Virus record (IMG/VR): IMGVR_UViG_3300029305_004380
Coordinates: 2,042 to 66,041 of that record
Strand: one strand, 5' to 3'
From: a virus
Taxonomy: Duplodnaviria > Heunggongvirae > Uroviricota > Caudoviricetes
Length of the DNA stretch: 64,000 nucleotides
A program made the translations under genes and the position numbers. Positions 1 through 9,488 of this stretch are shown one piece after another. The number at the start of each line of letters is the position of its first letter. Position 1 is the stretch's first letter. The notes under the pieces were generated by a model. The model saw only the letters and a list, made by a program, of their open reading frames with translations. It did not search any database and had not been told where the DNA came from.

Positions 1-530
1 ATTTTAACATAAACTGTATCTTCAAATTCTTCACCAAATTGTTTTATATAATACAAATCATGTTGTTTATTAGTGAGTACTTCGTGAAAAATACAGTCAC
101 TGTTTATATCTTGCCCACAATAATGAATTAAATCATTGACCGTTTTACATTGGAGTTTGGCTCTTACTGTTATTGAACAATCAGAGCCATAATGTACAGA
201 CTCAATAATATAGTCTTTCCATTTCTCTGATTCTTTAAGCACCTGTGTAATAGTTATATCTGCAAAACAATCTTTATCTAGACCTTTTTTCATACCTCGG
301 TACATATATGGACGCCTAATAAGGAGTGTATGAAAATTATCGCATGTATTTTGGTCATATTCGTAAGCTCTTTTACAAAAGTCTACAAGAGATTCACCGG
401 CATGTTCAAGAGGTTTAAACTTTATTTTCTCTTTATTTTCTGTTTCAATATAATTAATAAGTATTCTTTCTACATCAGAAGATGTAAATTTTCTACCTTT
501 AACTATAAAGTCATTATCTCTAATAATCAT
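1..530 (-). CDS. hypothetical protein, 5'-partial in window (runs off left edge)
   Basis: Open minus-strand frame of at least 176 codons with no stop from the ATG at 530 down to position 1. Its ATG overlaps the stop of the upstream gene in an ATGA arrangement at 527-530. It falls below the ORF-track length cutoff only because it is truncated by the window edge. Confidence 0.5.
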   Translation of the reverse strand, partial: MIIRDNDFIVKGRKFTSSDVERILINYIETENKEKIKFKPLEHAGESLVDFCKRAYEYDQNTCDNFHTLLIRRPYMYRGMKKGLDKDCFADITITQVLKESEKWKDYIIESVHYGSDCSITVRAKLQCKTVNDLIHYCGQDINSDCIFHEVLTNKQHDLYYIKQFGEEFEDTVYVK

Positions 531-871
531 TCTGCCACCGTCCCATATCTTTTTCCAAGGTCATTTAATGTATCTACCAATTTAGGAGGTACTCCTACCA
601 ATCTTACCGGACCGAAATATCCTTCATAAAATCTATGTCTTCCCCAAGTACAATATAACTTATGCTCTTTATCATATCGAGCAATAAGAGGTTTAGTTAC
701 ATAATGTCCATCATCTGTTATACAATGAATTTGTAAAGTCATCGCTGGTCTTTCACCGTATTTACCAGGAATATCACATCTTGTAACATGTACAATGTGT
801 AATGGATATAACTGAGAAGATGACTCATTATAACAATTGGACACCTGATAAATAGGTATATCATTACACAT
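527..871 (-). CDS. hypothetical protein (114 aa)
   Basis: ORF track. An AAGGAGG ribosome-binding site lies 8 nt upstream of the ATG at 871. Confidence 0.55.
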   Translation of the reverse strand: MCNDIPIYQVSNCYNESSSQLYPLHIVHVTRCDIPGKYGERPAMTLQIHCITDDGHYVTKPLIARYDKEHKLYCTWGRHRFYEGYFGPVRLVGVPPKLVDTLNDLGKRYGTVAE

Positions 872-955
872 TAAACATCATGCCTCCTTTTTTATATCTA
901 CTCTTTAACAATATGTTCGATTATCTCTACACTAAGATTTTCATATTATTTAAAT

Positions 956-1186
956 TTATCTCTTCTTCCAATTATGTTCTGTTTTTACTATTCTTTTCTT
1001 ACAATATCTACAATTGCTTACGTGACCTATAGACTCGTTTTGCCATTCTTCAGGCACGCATTGATGTAACATATCATGAAAAAATATTTTAAACCAACCC
1101 AATTGTACATATCCAATATATAGTACATTTATAAATGGAATACCAAGCATTATAGCAATTAACAAACCTACAAATAATCTAATCAC
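956..1186 (-). CDS. small membrane protein with C-terminal Cys/His cluster (76 aa)
   Basis: ORF track. Hydrophobic N-terminal 40 aa followed by a CxxC...C motif. Confidence 0.45.
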   Translation of the reverse strand: MIRLFVGLLIAIMLGIPFINVLYIGYVQLGWFKIFFHDMLHQCVPEEWQNESIGHVSNCRYCKKRIVKTEHNWKKR

Positions 1187-1250
1187 CTATTATCACTTCT
1201 TTCCACGCTCAATATTAATATATAACTTTATTCTTTTGTCCGTAGGTTAA

Positions 1251-1502
1251 TTATACCTCTTTATCGTTATATATTTCTCCAACCACACCTATTATTCTAC
1301 CAATGAGTTGCCAATCTAATACTTTAGCTACATCGTTTAATTCAAGCAATTGAGCTATACTAAGTTTATTGAGATATTCTGCAATGATATCTATATTAGG
1401 TACATCATCTAAATTCATGCTATAGAATATCTTATCTCTCAGTTCATTCTTCAATCGTCTATTAATTTCGTCATTCATTCCTGTATATACCAAATTGGTC
1501 AT
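1251..1502 (-). CDS. hypothetical protein (83 aa)
   Basis: ORF track; compact minus-strand gene array. Confidence 0.5.
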   Translation of the reverse strand: MTNLVYTGMNDEINRRLKNELRDKIFYSMNLDDVPNIDIIAEYLNKLSIAQLLELNDVAKVLDWQLIGRIIGVVGEIYNDKEV

Positions 1503-1540
1503 AAAATCACCTTCTAATCACTTTACATTAAAAATTATAT

Positions 1541-1774
1541 TTATTTTCTTTTTGGAATAAATGTGCATCTATCTTTCATTACATCTAATAATATTCCTGC
1601 AGTAACTGTTTCGGAAACATATTCCCATTTACCATACACTTTTTTATATAAAGCAAAACTATATATATCATCTAATTCAAATTTATATGTTTTACTTGTA
1701 ATATCATCGCCATATTTTATAACAAATTCATCACCATATTTTATACAAAATGAATTTAAAATATTATTCAGCAT
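1541..1774 (-). CDS. hypothetical protein (77 aa)
   Basis: ORF track. Confidence 0.5.
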   Translation of the reverse strand: MLNNILNSFCIKYGDEFVIKYGDDITSKTYKFELDDIYSFALYKKVYGKWEYVSETVTAGILLDVMKDRCTFIPKRK

Positions 1775-1787
1775 ATTAATATCTCCT

Positions 1788-2087
1788 TCACATAATTTTT
1801 ATATTAAGTAATAATTCTTCTAAAAAATCTTTCAATAAACTGTCTCTCATATCATCTAAAGTATCACAACTTAAACCCCATGAAGTATGTTTATTATTCA
1901 TTTCATATAAATCATAATTATTATCATAACATTTACAACGAAATATAAAATTATCGCCGTCTGAATTAGTAACTTTTACAATAGTTCCAGGTGTAATATC
2001 ATAAATAGTATTTACTATTCTTAATATTTTATTCTTATGAGACTCCATATAATTTCCTCTTTTCAATTTAATATAATAAATTAGCAC
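1788..2087 (-). CDS. hypothetical protein (99 aa)
   Basis: ORF track. Confidence 0.5.
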   Translation of the reverse strand: MLIYYIKLKRGNYMESHKNKILRIVNTIYDITPGTIVKVTNSDGDNFIFRCKCYDNNYDLYEMNNKHTSWGLSCDTLDDMRDSLLKDFLEELLLNIKIM

Positions 2088-2099
2088 GACTATTATTAT

Positions 2100-2699
2100 T
2101 TATTGTTTATCTATGAACATTTTATTTTCCAAAGAAACACCTTCAGATACTTTAATACTATTAGGAACATAATGATAAAATTCATGAATCATAGATTCTG
2201 CATCAGCTTGAGTATAAGCTATAACATTGGTTGTTTTAGTTAAAGGAAATCCATCAACTTTACTTTTTTCATATTTAGAATCCCAGGTCACTGTAAACAA
2301 TTTTAACTCAGGTTGTACAACTTTAGAATATATAGTTTCTGTATCACATACATTTGCATTAGGGTGGGTTGTATCACAATGATAACAAGTGATATCATCT
2401 CCTTCATCCCAAATAGTTAACACTCCGAGTAATAATCCGCATTTAGGACATCTATATACTCTTTCTGTTTTCTTTAATATATTAATATCAACTAAACTAT
2501 CTAATATAGGTGTAGCATTTTCAGGTGATAAATCCATATATTTTGCAAATTGACTTATTCTGATTTTATCATTTTCACCACATTCACTTATAAATCTTAT
2601 AACTCTAGATAAACGTTTTAATGAATGTACATTATCCTGCATAGATGCTGTTATTGATGATAAATTTCCAAGTAATTGTATCATTTGTTCTTTTTGCAT
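2100..2699 (-). CDS. hypothetical protein, possible DNA-binding regulator with CPKC...CYHC zinc ribbon (199 aa)
   Basis: ORF track; internal CxxC-x20-CxxC motif. Confidence 0.5.
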   Translation of the reverse strand: MQKEQMIQLLGNLSSITASMQDNVHSLKRLSRVIRFISECGENDKIRISQFAKYMDLSPENATPILDSLVDINILKKTERVYRCPKCGLLLGVLTIWDEGDDITCYHCDTTHPNANVCDTETIYSKVVQPELKLFTVTWDSKYEKSKVDGFPLTKTTNVIAYTQADAESMIHEFYHYVPNSIKVSEGVSLENKMFIDKQ

Positions 2700-2920
2700 A
2701 ACGTCAACAACCTTTCCTTATCCTGAATATATGAATTTAATTCCATATCTAATAATTTTACTTCACTCATTAAATAACTTAAAATTCTAAAACTATCATA
2801 ATTTGAATCATTAATTGAAGTTTTCTTTATTTGAGTTATTTTGGTTTTAATGTTTATAAGTTTTTTATTTATTGATTTTATTCTTATACTAACATAGAAA
2901 AGCTTTATTCGATTTATCAT
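2681..2920 (-). CDS. hypothetical protein (79 aa)
   Basis: ORF track. Confidence 0.4.
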   Translation of the reverse strand: MINRIKLFYVSIRIKSINKKLINIKTKITQIKKTSINDSNYDSFRILSYLMSEVKLLDMELNSYIQDKERLLTLCKKNK

Positions 2921-2936
2921 ATATGTACTCCTTTAA

Positions 2937-3230
2937 TTATTCTAATTTATCTATATGAATTTCATGAGCATGTTGCAATGATTCATATATCATTGTTAAT
3001 ATAGACTCCCATCCTAATATATTAGCATCATCTATATAAGAATGTAATAATTCATAATGACATCCATTTATGTAATCTTTTACATCAGTCATTGAATACA
3101 TTCCTGAATGTATTATATCTACACTTACAAGTTTACCAATTACATATGATCTTAAATCAGATATAACTAAATCTCTCATATGACATTTTACACTTCTTCT
3201 GTGATTTAATTTATTTAAATCCAATTTCAT
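2937..3230 (-). CDS. hypothetical protein (97 aa)
   Basis: ORF track. Confidence 0.5.
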   Translation of the reverse strand: MKLDLNKLNHRRSVKCHMRDLVISDLRSYVIGKLVSVDIIHSGMYSMTDVKDYINGCHYELLHSYIDDANILGWESILTMIYESLQHAHEIHIDKLE

Positions 3231-3307
3231 ATAATAACCTCCAATATAAATCTATTTGTAAATTTATTTAAAGTCATCTGTGTTAGTTTTTTAATTCAGA
3301 AAACCAT

Positions 3308-3478
3308 TTAAATGTTAATAGATATTCTATTTAATTCTGATTCTAAATATTTTACTTTATTCAACATAAATCTATATTCGTATGGCAAATACAATTTACC
3401 AGAATTTAAACAACCTTTTAATTTTTGTATTTTCTTTTTTATAACAAATGATTTAAATAAATAATAAATTTTTTTCAT
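3308..3478 (-). CDS. small basic protein (56 aa), not in ORF track
   Basis: Manual translation gives MKKIYYLFKSFVIKKKIQKLKGC... A GGAG ribosome-binding site lies 8 nt upstream. It fills an otherwise empty 250 nt gap. Confidence 0.35.
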   Translation of the reverse strand: MKKIYYLFKSFVIKKKIQKLKGCLNSGKLYLPYEYRFMLNKVKYLESELNRISINI

Positions 3479-3482
3479 GATA

Positions 3483-3668
3483 TTACTCCTTTGTATTTTC
3501 TACTTCTTGAATATCTATATCATACAGCTTTCCTACAAAAGTTCTATTATTACTTATAAATTCTCTTACTTTCTTTTTATTATTTTCTACTATAACTTCT
3601 GTCACTTCTTTGTGCTTGTTATTATCGTCTAATATTGTGTATTTACATTTAAACGTCTTCATAATCAT
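3483..3668 (-). CDS. hypothetical protein (61 aa)
   Basis: ORF track. Confidence 0.45.
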   Translation of the reverse strand: MIMKTFKCKYTILDDNNKHKEVTEVIVENNKKKVREFISNNRTFVGKLYDIDIQEVENTKE

Positions 3669-3680
3669 TTCCTCCTTTAG

Positions 3681-3878
3681 TTAGTTAATATCATTTAAAT
3701 CACTTACTATCTTTCTTATCTTTTTTGATGTAATAGTTAATCTATAATACAGTTTATTTATCATGTTATAATTAACAGCTGTTACTGATGTATATTCTAA
3801 TTTATGTAAGGTGAATTCATATTTTTTTCTTAATCTGTTATATCTATGTTGCAGCCATATTCGTTTTACTTTATTCAT
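3681..3878 (-). CDS. hypothetical protein (65 aa)
   Basis: ORF track. Confidence 0.45.
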   Translation of the reverse strand: MNKVKRIWLQHRYNRLRKKYEFTLHKLEYTSVTAVNYNMINKLYYRLTITSKKIRKIVSDLNDIN

Positions 3879-3942
3879 TGTTTACTCCAATCATTATAAT
3901 ATCTAGACTATCTTCTTCTATATATTATAATTAAATATCGCT

Positions 3943-4380
3943 TTAAATATTATTTATTTCTTTTGCGACTAATTTGTATTTAAAATTATCATTTTTATAT
4001 AATAACTGAATTGTTTGTAAAGCTTCATCATAACTCATCAGTTTTGCCTTTTCTTTATCTCTGGTCCAAATAACTTCATTGCAATCATTTAAATTAACAT
4101 TTTGAAATATAGATTGTATATTAAACAAATATAAAATTTCATCTGTATTAGCAGTATTCACTACGCAATATGATTTACCTTCTTTTTCTTCTATTGGTTC
4201 ATCATTTATATTATTTTTCAATATTAGTTGTTTTATGTTATTCAATATATTTAATGTTTTATTGAGTGACTCTAATTCAGTTTGAGCAACATTAGGTTTA
4301 ACCATTGCTCTTTCAATAGATATGTTTATCTTTTTTAATTGTTTATTTATATAATTAAGTTCTTCATTAAAATTTATCAT
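3943..4380 (-). CDS. hypothetical protein (145 aa)
   Basis: ORF track. Confidence 0.5.
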   Translation of the reverse strand: MINFNEELNYINKQLKKINISIERAMVKPNVAQTELESLNKTLNILNNIKQLILKNNINDEPIEEKEGKSYCVVNTANTDEILYLFNIQSIFQNVNLNDCNEVIWTRDKEKAKLMSYDEALQTIQLLYKNDNFKYKLVAKEINNI

Positions 4381-4406
4381 TTTTTATTCCTCCACATAAT
4401 AATTAT

Positions 4407-4607
4407 TTATATTCTTTCCCACCAATTTTCAGGAATTTTATAGTGCCATTTACAATTAGAACAATTTTCTTTATTTTTACAATTAAGACAAATGATGTTT
4501 GAAGCTTCCTGTAATAAACTTGCTATATCTAATAGAATACCTGAATCAGGAGGACTAACATCATCAAAATCTTTTTCTAAATAATTTATTGCTTCTTCAA
4601 CTTTCAT
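4407..4607 (-). CDS. small Cys-rich protein (66 aa)
   Basis: ORF track; CLNCKNKENCSNCKWH cluster. Confidence 0.45.
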   Translation of the reverse strand: MKVEEAINYLEKDFDDVSPPDSGILLDIASLLQEASNIICLNCKNKENCSNCKWHYKIPENWWERI

Positions 4608-4818
4608 GTTTTTCTCTATATTCCTTTATATCATTTTCTGATATGCCCAAAACAGCACTTATTCCATCCAGCATAGAGTCAGTTAATATTTTACTTACCT
4701 CTGCTACGGTAATTCTTCTAACAAGATATTCTGTTCCATCTTTTATTGTTATTACATCAAAATAAATTCCGTCAATCATTGTTTCTTTCTCCTTAATAAA
4801 TATAATTAATTTTAGCAT
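4597..4818 (-). CDS. hypothetical protein (73 aa)
   Basis: ORF track. Confidence 0.45.
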   Translation of the reverse strand: MLKLIIFIKEKETMIDGIYFDVITIKDGTEYLVRRITVAEVSKILTDSMLDGISAVLGISENDIKEYREKHES

Positions 4819-5341
4819 CTATTTTTATTTTTCTAATAGATACTTTCATCTTACTATATATTTTGGCTTGTCTTGCTTGTTCTTCAGCTTCAACCTCTCT
4901 ATTATACAATATAGCATCTTTAATATCGGTAGATAAAAACGTATCAAAACTTTTTACATCTTTTTGACTAAAATATTTTAACATTCCATGTTCCACCGTT
5001 GTAAGAATATATCTTGTCATCTCTGTATTAATATTACCTGAAGATACTTCTCTTGGAATTAATTCTACTTTATCCATAAGATATTGTCTATTTGTTTCTG
5101 AAAGCCAAAGATTAATAAGCCCATAAGTTTTAGAATCTTCAACCACTAATTTTTCAATAGGCTTAATAAATCTTTGTATGCCATTTAAAAATTTAGAATT
5201 AATGGTTTCTATTTCGTATTCTTGAATAGTATGTTTAGCATCATCAATTGTCTTACACCATACTACTTCATCAAGATTATTTTGAAGATTAGGTACTTCA
5301 TTTGATATCCAAATTGTTTGTGTATGTTCTATAGTATTCAT
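4793..5341 (-). CDS. hypothetical protein (182 aa)
   Basis: ORF track. Confidence 0.5.
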   Translation of the reverse strand: MNTIEHTQTIWISNEVPNLQNNLDEVVWCKTIDDAKHTIQEYEIETINSKFLNGIQRFIKPIEKLVVEDSKTYGLINLWLSETNRQYLMDKVELIPREVSSGNINTEMTRYILTTVEHGMLKYFSQKDVKSFDTFLSTDIKDAILYNREVEAEEQARQAKIYSKMKVSIRKIKIDAKINYIY

Positions 5342-5608
5342 TTAATTAAGTCCCCATTTCTTATAAAATTTATTTAAATCATCGTCTGTAATTTTAATTT
5401 TATGTCTAATAAAGTCGCTAGTTACATCATTCATTGCTTCTTTTATTTCATTTATAGTTTTAAACACTTTTCTTAAACGTCCGTTACTATCAAATGCATA
5501 CCGCTCATTGAGAGTAACAATATACAATGGATTTGTTTTATAAATAACAACTTCTATCTTTTTAACTCGTTTATCATCTTTATATAAATCACGCATTAAC
5601 ATTAACAA
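5342..5608 (-). CDS. hypothetical protein (88 aa)
   Basis: ORF track. Confidence 0.5.
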   Translation of the reverse strand: MLMLMRDLYKDDKRVKKIEVVIYKTNPLYIVTLNERYAFDSNGRLRKVFKTINEIKEAMNDVTSDFIRHKIKITDDDLNKFYKKWGLN

Positions 5609-5614
5609 ACACCT

Positions 5615-5968
5615 CTAATTTATTTCCATCCAACCATTCCGTTGAATAATCATCCTCATGTTTTGAACTCCTACTGGATTCATGCTATGAATTCTAATAG
5701 GATAGTTACGTTTAGTTCCTTCAAGCCATTTGAGAAGTTCAATATAATTACCTCCTTGTGATACATACTCTCCAGCATCATGGTCTATATCTATAACTTC
5801 TAATTCAGTTAGTGGGAATTTTAACCCCCATGATTCTTCTTTTATATATCTATTTTCATTTTCCATCTTCATAATGATAGACTTTGCTTTGTTCACGGTC
5901 TTTACCCAAACATACCCTTTTGGTGCAGGCCTTATATCATCAACCCAAATCTTCATAATTTTCCTCAC
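5615..5968 (-). CDS. hypothetical protein (117 aa)
   Basis: ORF track. Confidence 0.5.
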   Translation of the reverse strand: MRKIMKIWVDDIRPAPKGYVWVKTVNKAKSIIMKMENENRYIKEESWGLKFPLTELEVIDIDHDAGEYVSQGGNYIELLKWLEGTKRNYPIRIHSMNPVGVQNMRMIIQRNGWMEIN

Positions 5969-6146
5969 ATACTTTTAATCTATCACATTTATCTACACTT
6001 TTACATATGCATTTAGGTTTACTGTCTACTTCATTAATATATGCTCTCAATGTGCATGCATATACTCCTACAGCATGCGGTATTAATTCTGAAAATAAAC
6101 AATCTCTTGGAGTTTCAGGTAATTTATCTACAACTATTTTCATCAT
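5940..6146 (-). CDS. small Cys-rich protein (68 aa)
   Basis: ORF track. Confidence 0.4.
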   Translation of the reverse strand: MMKIVVDKLPETPRDCLFSELIPHAVGVYACTLRAYINEVDSKPKCICKSVDKCDRLKVCEENYEDLG

Positions 6147-6148
6147 AC

Positions 6149-6853
6149 TTATCCTCCAACGTTATTTTCAGCCATATCTTCTAAAATCATTTTAGCAAAT
6201 TCTTCATGCTGTTTTATAGTTAACATTTTGTTACATGTGTTTGTTCGTCCACAATGTTTATACCAATTAATCATGGTACCTGATAGTTTATGAAGAATAT
6301 ACCACTCATCATTATTATACCAACCTTTAAAGTCATCTGTTTCATACCAAGATTCATTCATAAGAACTTCTGAAACATCTCCATATATTCTTACAAACTC
6401 ATCTCTATCTAAACCATATTGAGGAAGTGTTTCGAATGGACTTTCAGAATTAGCTGTTCTAAGAAGCACATTATATCGTTTTTTAAAATCTTCAAAAGTT
6501 TTCAATTTATCTTTATATTGATGTTCAATAGCTGTTACTACAGACATTTCTAAATCATTAGCAATACTTGTTAACGTTATTGCAGCAATGTACATATTAT
6601 CTACAAATTTCCAAAGGTCTGAATCTTTACACGATGTCCAACCATACATACCGATATATTTCTTTTTACATATAATCTGCTTTAAAACATTTTCGGCTTC
6701 ATTAAAACTTTCATATATTGTAGCATCTCCCAAATTCACAGGAAATTTAATATGTTGAACTTTAAATTCTTTTTCAGATTTAGCTCCACTTCTTATTTCA
6801 TATCCGTATACATTTACGAACTCAGTGTCATTTATTGCAATCACATATGACAT
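6149..6853 (-). CDS. hypothetical protein (234 aa)
   Basis: ORF track. Confidence 0.55.
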   Translation of the reverse strand: MSYVIAINDTEFVNVYGYEIRSGAKSEKEFKVQHIKFPVNLGDATIYESFNEAENVLKQIICKKKYIGMYGWTSCKDSDLWKFVDNMYIAAITLTSIANDLEMSVVTAIEHQYKDKLKTFEDFKKRYNVLLRTANSESPFETLPQYGLDRDEFVRIYGDVSEVLMNESWYETDDFKGWYNNDEWYILHKLSGTMINWYKHCGRTNTCNKMLTIKQHEEFAKMILEDMAENNVGG

Positions 6854-7070
6854 CGTATTCTTTACCTCCTATAATTTTTTTAATAAACCATCTTTCAGGA
6901 CCAGGATTAAATCCAATAATGTATTCTTCATCATTCATATAAACTCTCTTTTTATATTCAAAAGTTAAAGCATTGCTATTATGAAAAATATCTCCAACAT
7001 TTCTAAATACCCAAGGAAGTGGTTGATGATAATTATTAGTCAATTCATTTGCAAATATAATGTATCTCAT
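6828..7070 (-). CDS. hypothetical protein (80 aa)
   Basis: ORF track. Confidence 0.45.
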   Translation of the reverse strand: MRYIIFANELTNNYHQPLPWVFRNVGDIFHNSNALTFEYKKRVYMNDEEYIIGFNPGPERWFIKKIIGGKEYDVICDCNK

Positions 7071-7084
7071 TTTTTGACCTCCAA

Positions 7085-7267
7085 TTATTTCTTAGACACC
7101 CATGTTTCAGAGTCTAATAAGATTACATTTTGTACTATTAACTCATCATTTTCAGAAATAATTACTAGATTTCCATCTGTATAATACCAATGGGTAACGT
7201 TGTCAAAAATATCTTTATGAATTTCACATTCAGAATAATAAGTAATTTTTAAAGTCATTTTTACCAC
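7085..7267 (-). CDS. hypothetical protein (60 aa)
   Basis: ORF track. Confidence 0.4.
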   Translation of the reverse strand: MVKMTLKITYYSECEIHKDIFDNVTHWYYTDGNLVIISENDELIVQNVILLDSETWVSKK

Positions 7268-7695
7268 TCCATATCTAAAAGTTTGAAAATATATTTATTG
7301 AGATGTAAATCGTCATCGGTGATTTTATCATATACCACCATTCCAATTAAAGCTGATGCTAAACTATGAAATGCTCTCGAAATTGATTTATATTTAATAT
7401 GTGGATAATATAAACCATCTTCACCTTTAATAATCTGGTATCTATTACTAATAGCAATATATTCATCAACTTTATGAAAACGTCTAAATTCCGAAACAGC
7501 ATATTCTTTACCGTTAGCTGAACCAGCAATTTTTACTTCATCTTCCGGATTTTCAACAGTTGCTAATTCTTCTTCATAATAAGAGCCATAACCTGCAGGA
7601 TAAAACTTATAAATCGTATTTCCATTATGTTTCTTTTCAATAAGTTTTCCAACTTTATCTTTATATACTACTATATCTTTATAAATATTATCCAT
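7261..7695 (-). CDS. hypothetical protein (144 aa)
   Basis: ORF track. Confidence 0.5.
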   Translation of the reverse strand: MDNIYKDIVVYKDKVGKLIEKKHNGNTIYKFYPAGYGSYYEEELATVENPEDEVKIAGSANGKEYAVSEFRRFHKVDEYIAISNRYQIIKGEDGLYYPHIKYKSISRAFHSLASALIGMVVYDKITDDDLHLNKYIFKLLDMEW

Positions 7696-8221
7696 TCAAT
7701 GCACTCTCCATTTCATCTAATTCATGCACTATCTGTTCATATAACTCATTATTTATAATCTGTTTAATATCTAAATTATTATCAAAGAATTTATTTTTTA
7801 CATTGATAAATAAATCTATAATAGCTCCGTCAAAATTAAATCCAAATGCTCTTTCAGCCTCTATAGGTGATACTAATCTCGATAAACAAAGTAAATAATT
7901 CAATATTGCAGTAATTATAATTCTTTCATCATTATTTATTTCTTTTTCTTCAGAAATAACATTATCCGGATGAGTAAAGTAAGCATATATCTTATCATCA
8001 AGTTTAATACCACCAGGTGCAATATCAGGTTTTGTTCTTAATTCATATCTATAACCCATATTTTGAAATTTTAAAATATATTTAGCAAATGACCCACAAC
8101 CGGTTTCTGTAAATTCAACATTAAATCTATGTTTATTAGCATATTCAAAATCATCTTCATCTAAAAAACAAGAGTTTACAAATAGTGTTTCATTATCTTC
8201 TAACAATTTATAATTATGCAT
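7688..8221 (-). CDS. hypothetical protein (177 aa)
   Basis: ORF track. Confidence 0.5.
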   Translation of the reverse strand: MHNYKLLEDNETLFVNSCFLDEDDFEYANKHRFNVEFTETGCGSFAKYILKFQNMGYRYELRTKPDIAPGGIKLDDKIYAYFTHPDNVISEEKEINNDERIIITAILNYLLCLSRLVSPIEAERAFGFNFDGAIIDLFINVKNKFFDNNLDIKQIINNELYEQIVHELDEMESALNG

Positions 8222-8223
8222 AC

Positions 8224-8565
8224 TTAAACCTCCTTAGCTTCTTCATTACATACTCTTATATAAGCATTTAATTTATCTACTAGCTCTTTTGCTCTTTTAA
8301 GATTTTCCATAACCTTATTTTCTTCTTCCAAATTAAGAGTACCATAACCTGAAAAACAAACCGCAAATCTATCTATAATATACTCATTCATGTTATATTC
8401 ATCATTTAATAATTTACTATATATTTCAGGTTTCCACCAATTTTCTTTATTTTTATCTTCATCATCGGTAAATATTTTATTAACGTATAATTGATATCCA
8501 CTGTTACGAGCATTATATCCGTATGGTTCGCACATGCTCTTAATTGTTTCTATATTATATTTCAT
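8224..8565 (-). CDS. hypothetical protein (113 aa)
   Basis: ORF track. Confidence 0.5.
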   Translation of the reverse strand: MKYNIETIKSMCEPYGYNARNSGYQLYVNKIFTDDEDKNKENWWKPEIYSKLLNDEYNMNEYIIDRFAVCFSGYGTLNLEEENKVMENLKRAKELVDKLNAYIRVCNEEAKEV

Positions 8566-8861
8566 TGTTTGTTCCTCCTATGCACAACTAATATTTCACC
8601 ATTAATTAAATCTGTAAGATTTTTAAGTTCTTCATCAGTTTTAGCTACACGAGTATAAAATCTTACATCTGTTAATGAACCATCTTCAGCATATTCTCTG
8701 GTTGCATAAACTACATGTTCTGCTCCTGAAATTTTAAGATATTCTTCAGCTTCTTTTCTAAAATGATTTAATTCATCCGGTAAATTACGAATAGGCATTT
8801 GACCTGTAATAATTCCTCGATTTAAACCATCGCTTTGTGTCCATCTAATCCAATTATTCAT
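8562..8861 (-). CDS. hypothetical protein (99 aa), first gene behind promoter P4
   Basis: ORF track. A GAGGAG ribosome-binding site precedes the ATG at 8861. Confidence 0.5.
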   Translation of the reverse strand: MNNWIRWTQSDGLNRGIITGQMPIRNLPDELNHFRKEAEEYLKISGAEHVVYATREYAEDGSLTDVRFYTRVAKTDEELKNLTDLINGEILVVHRRNKQ

Positions 8862-8910
8862 AATTGCTCCTCATTTAATGAATTATTTATAATAGTTATT
8901 TACAGTTATA

Positions 8911-8939
8911 ATTATAACATAAATTTTTATAAATGTAAA
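8911..8939 (-). promoter_or_regulatory. sigma-A-type promoter P4 (-35 TTTACA, 17 bp spacer, extended -10 TGTTATAAT)
   Basis: Read on the minus strand: TTTACA at 8939-8934, a 17 bp spacer ending TGT, and TATAAT at 8916-8911. It lies inside a 140 bp AT-rich intergenic region about 45 nt upstream of the start of gene 8861. Confidence 0.6.
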
Positions 8940-9020
8940 TAGATTTTTTATAATTAAATAAAAAATTGTTATAATTATATAAAAATACAAATTATATTTA
9001 TATAATTATAACAATAATAT

Positions 9021-9251
9021 TTAAATATGTTCTATAGAAGAATTATCTTTAAAAAAATCAACCAATATATTTCTTACATATAAATCTTTTTTGTAATATG
9101 AATCATATCCTTTTTCTTTAGCCTTTTTATTTTTATGTACATAATATTCATTCCATACTTTATCTAACGCTTCTTTTTTAGAATTTGCTTTTACTATATA
9201 TTTATCATTATCACCACAAGGAACTATACATTCTACCAAATAAATACTCAC
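9021..9251 (-). CDS. hypothetical protein (76 aa)
   Basis: ORF track. Confidence 0.45.
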   Translation of the reverse strand: MSIYLVECIVPCGDNDKYIVKANSKKEALDKVWNEYYVHKNKKAKEKGYDSYYKKDLYVRNILVDFFKDNSSIEHI

Positions 9252-9266
9252 TCATATTCACTCCTA

Positions 9267-9488
9267 ACTAATCTATAAAATAAACAGTTTTACCTTTTTC
9301 ATATGCTAATGCTATATTTTTAACTAGTGTTTCAGCTTCTTTAGATGAATTAAATGAACCTATAATGGCTCTATTTGAATTATAGTCACTAAATGCTCTA
9401 ACATCTACATGATTTTCATTTTCCTCAATTGTAATAGAAAATTATCATAATTTATGTCTTTTCCATATTTTAAACTTATTACTCTCAT
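9267..9488 (-). pseudogene. small gene interrupted by an apparent -1 frameshift (27-codon start frame, then about 50 codons in the -1 frame)
   Basis: The ATG at 9488 overlaps the stop of gene 9488..9976 (TAATG). That frame stops after MRVISLKYGKDINYDNFLLQLRKMKIM. The -1 frame then continues with no start codon as ...ENENHVDVRAFSDYNSNRAIIGSFNSSKEAETLVKNIALAYEKGKTVYFID to a stop at 9267. Protein-like sequence persists across the break. Confidence 0.3.

Noticed and set aside
330-629. Plus-strand ORFs from the six-frame track (for example 330..629, 1563..1811, 31453..31713, 32248..32514, 37822..38175, 53406..53699, 62197..62427)
   Set aside because: All lie antisense to stronger minus-strand genes. 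They have low-complexity or hydrophobic translations typical of shadow ORFs in AT-rich DNA, and they lack ribosome-binding sites. The whole window is transcribed on the minus strand, as shown by promoter and terminator orientation.
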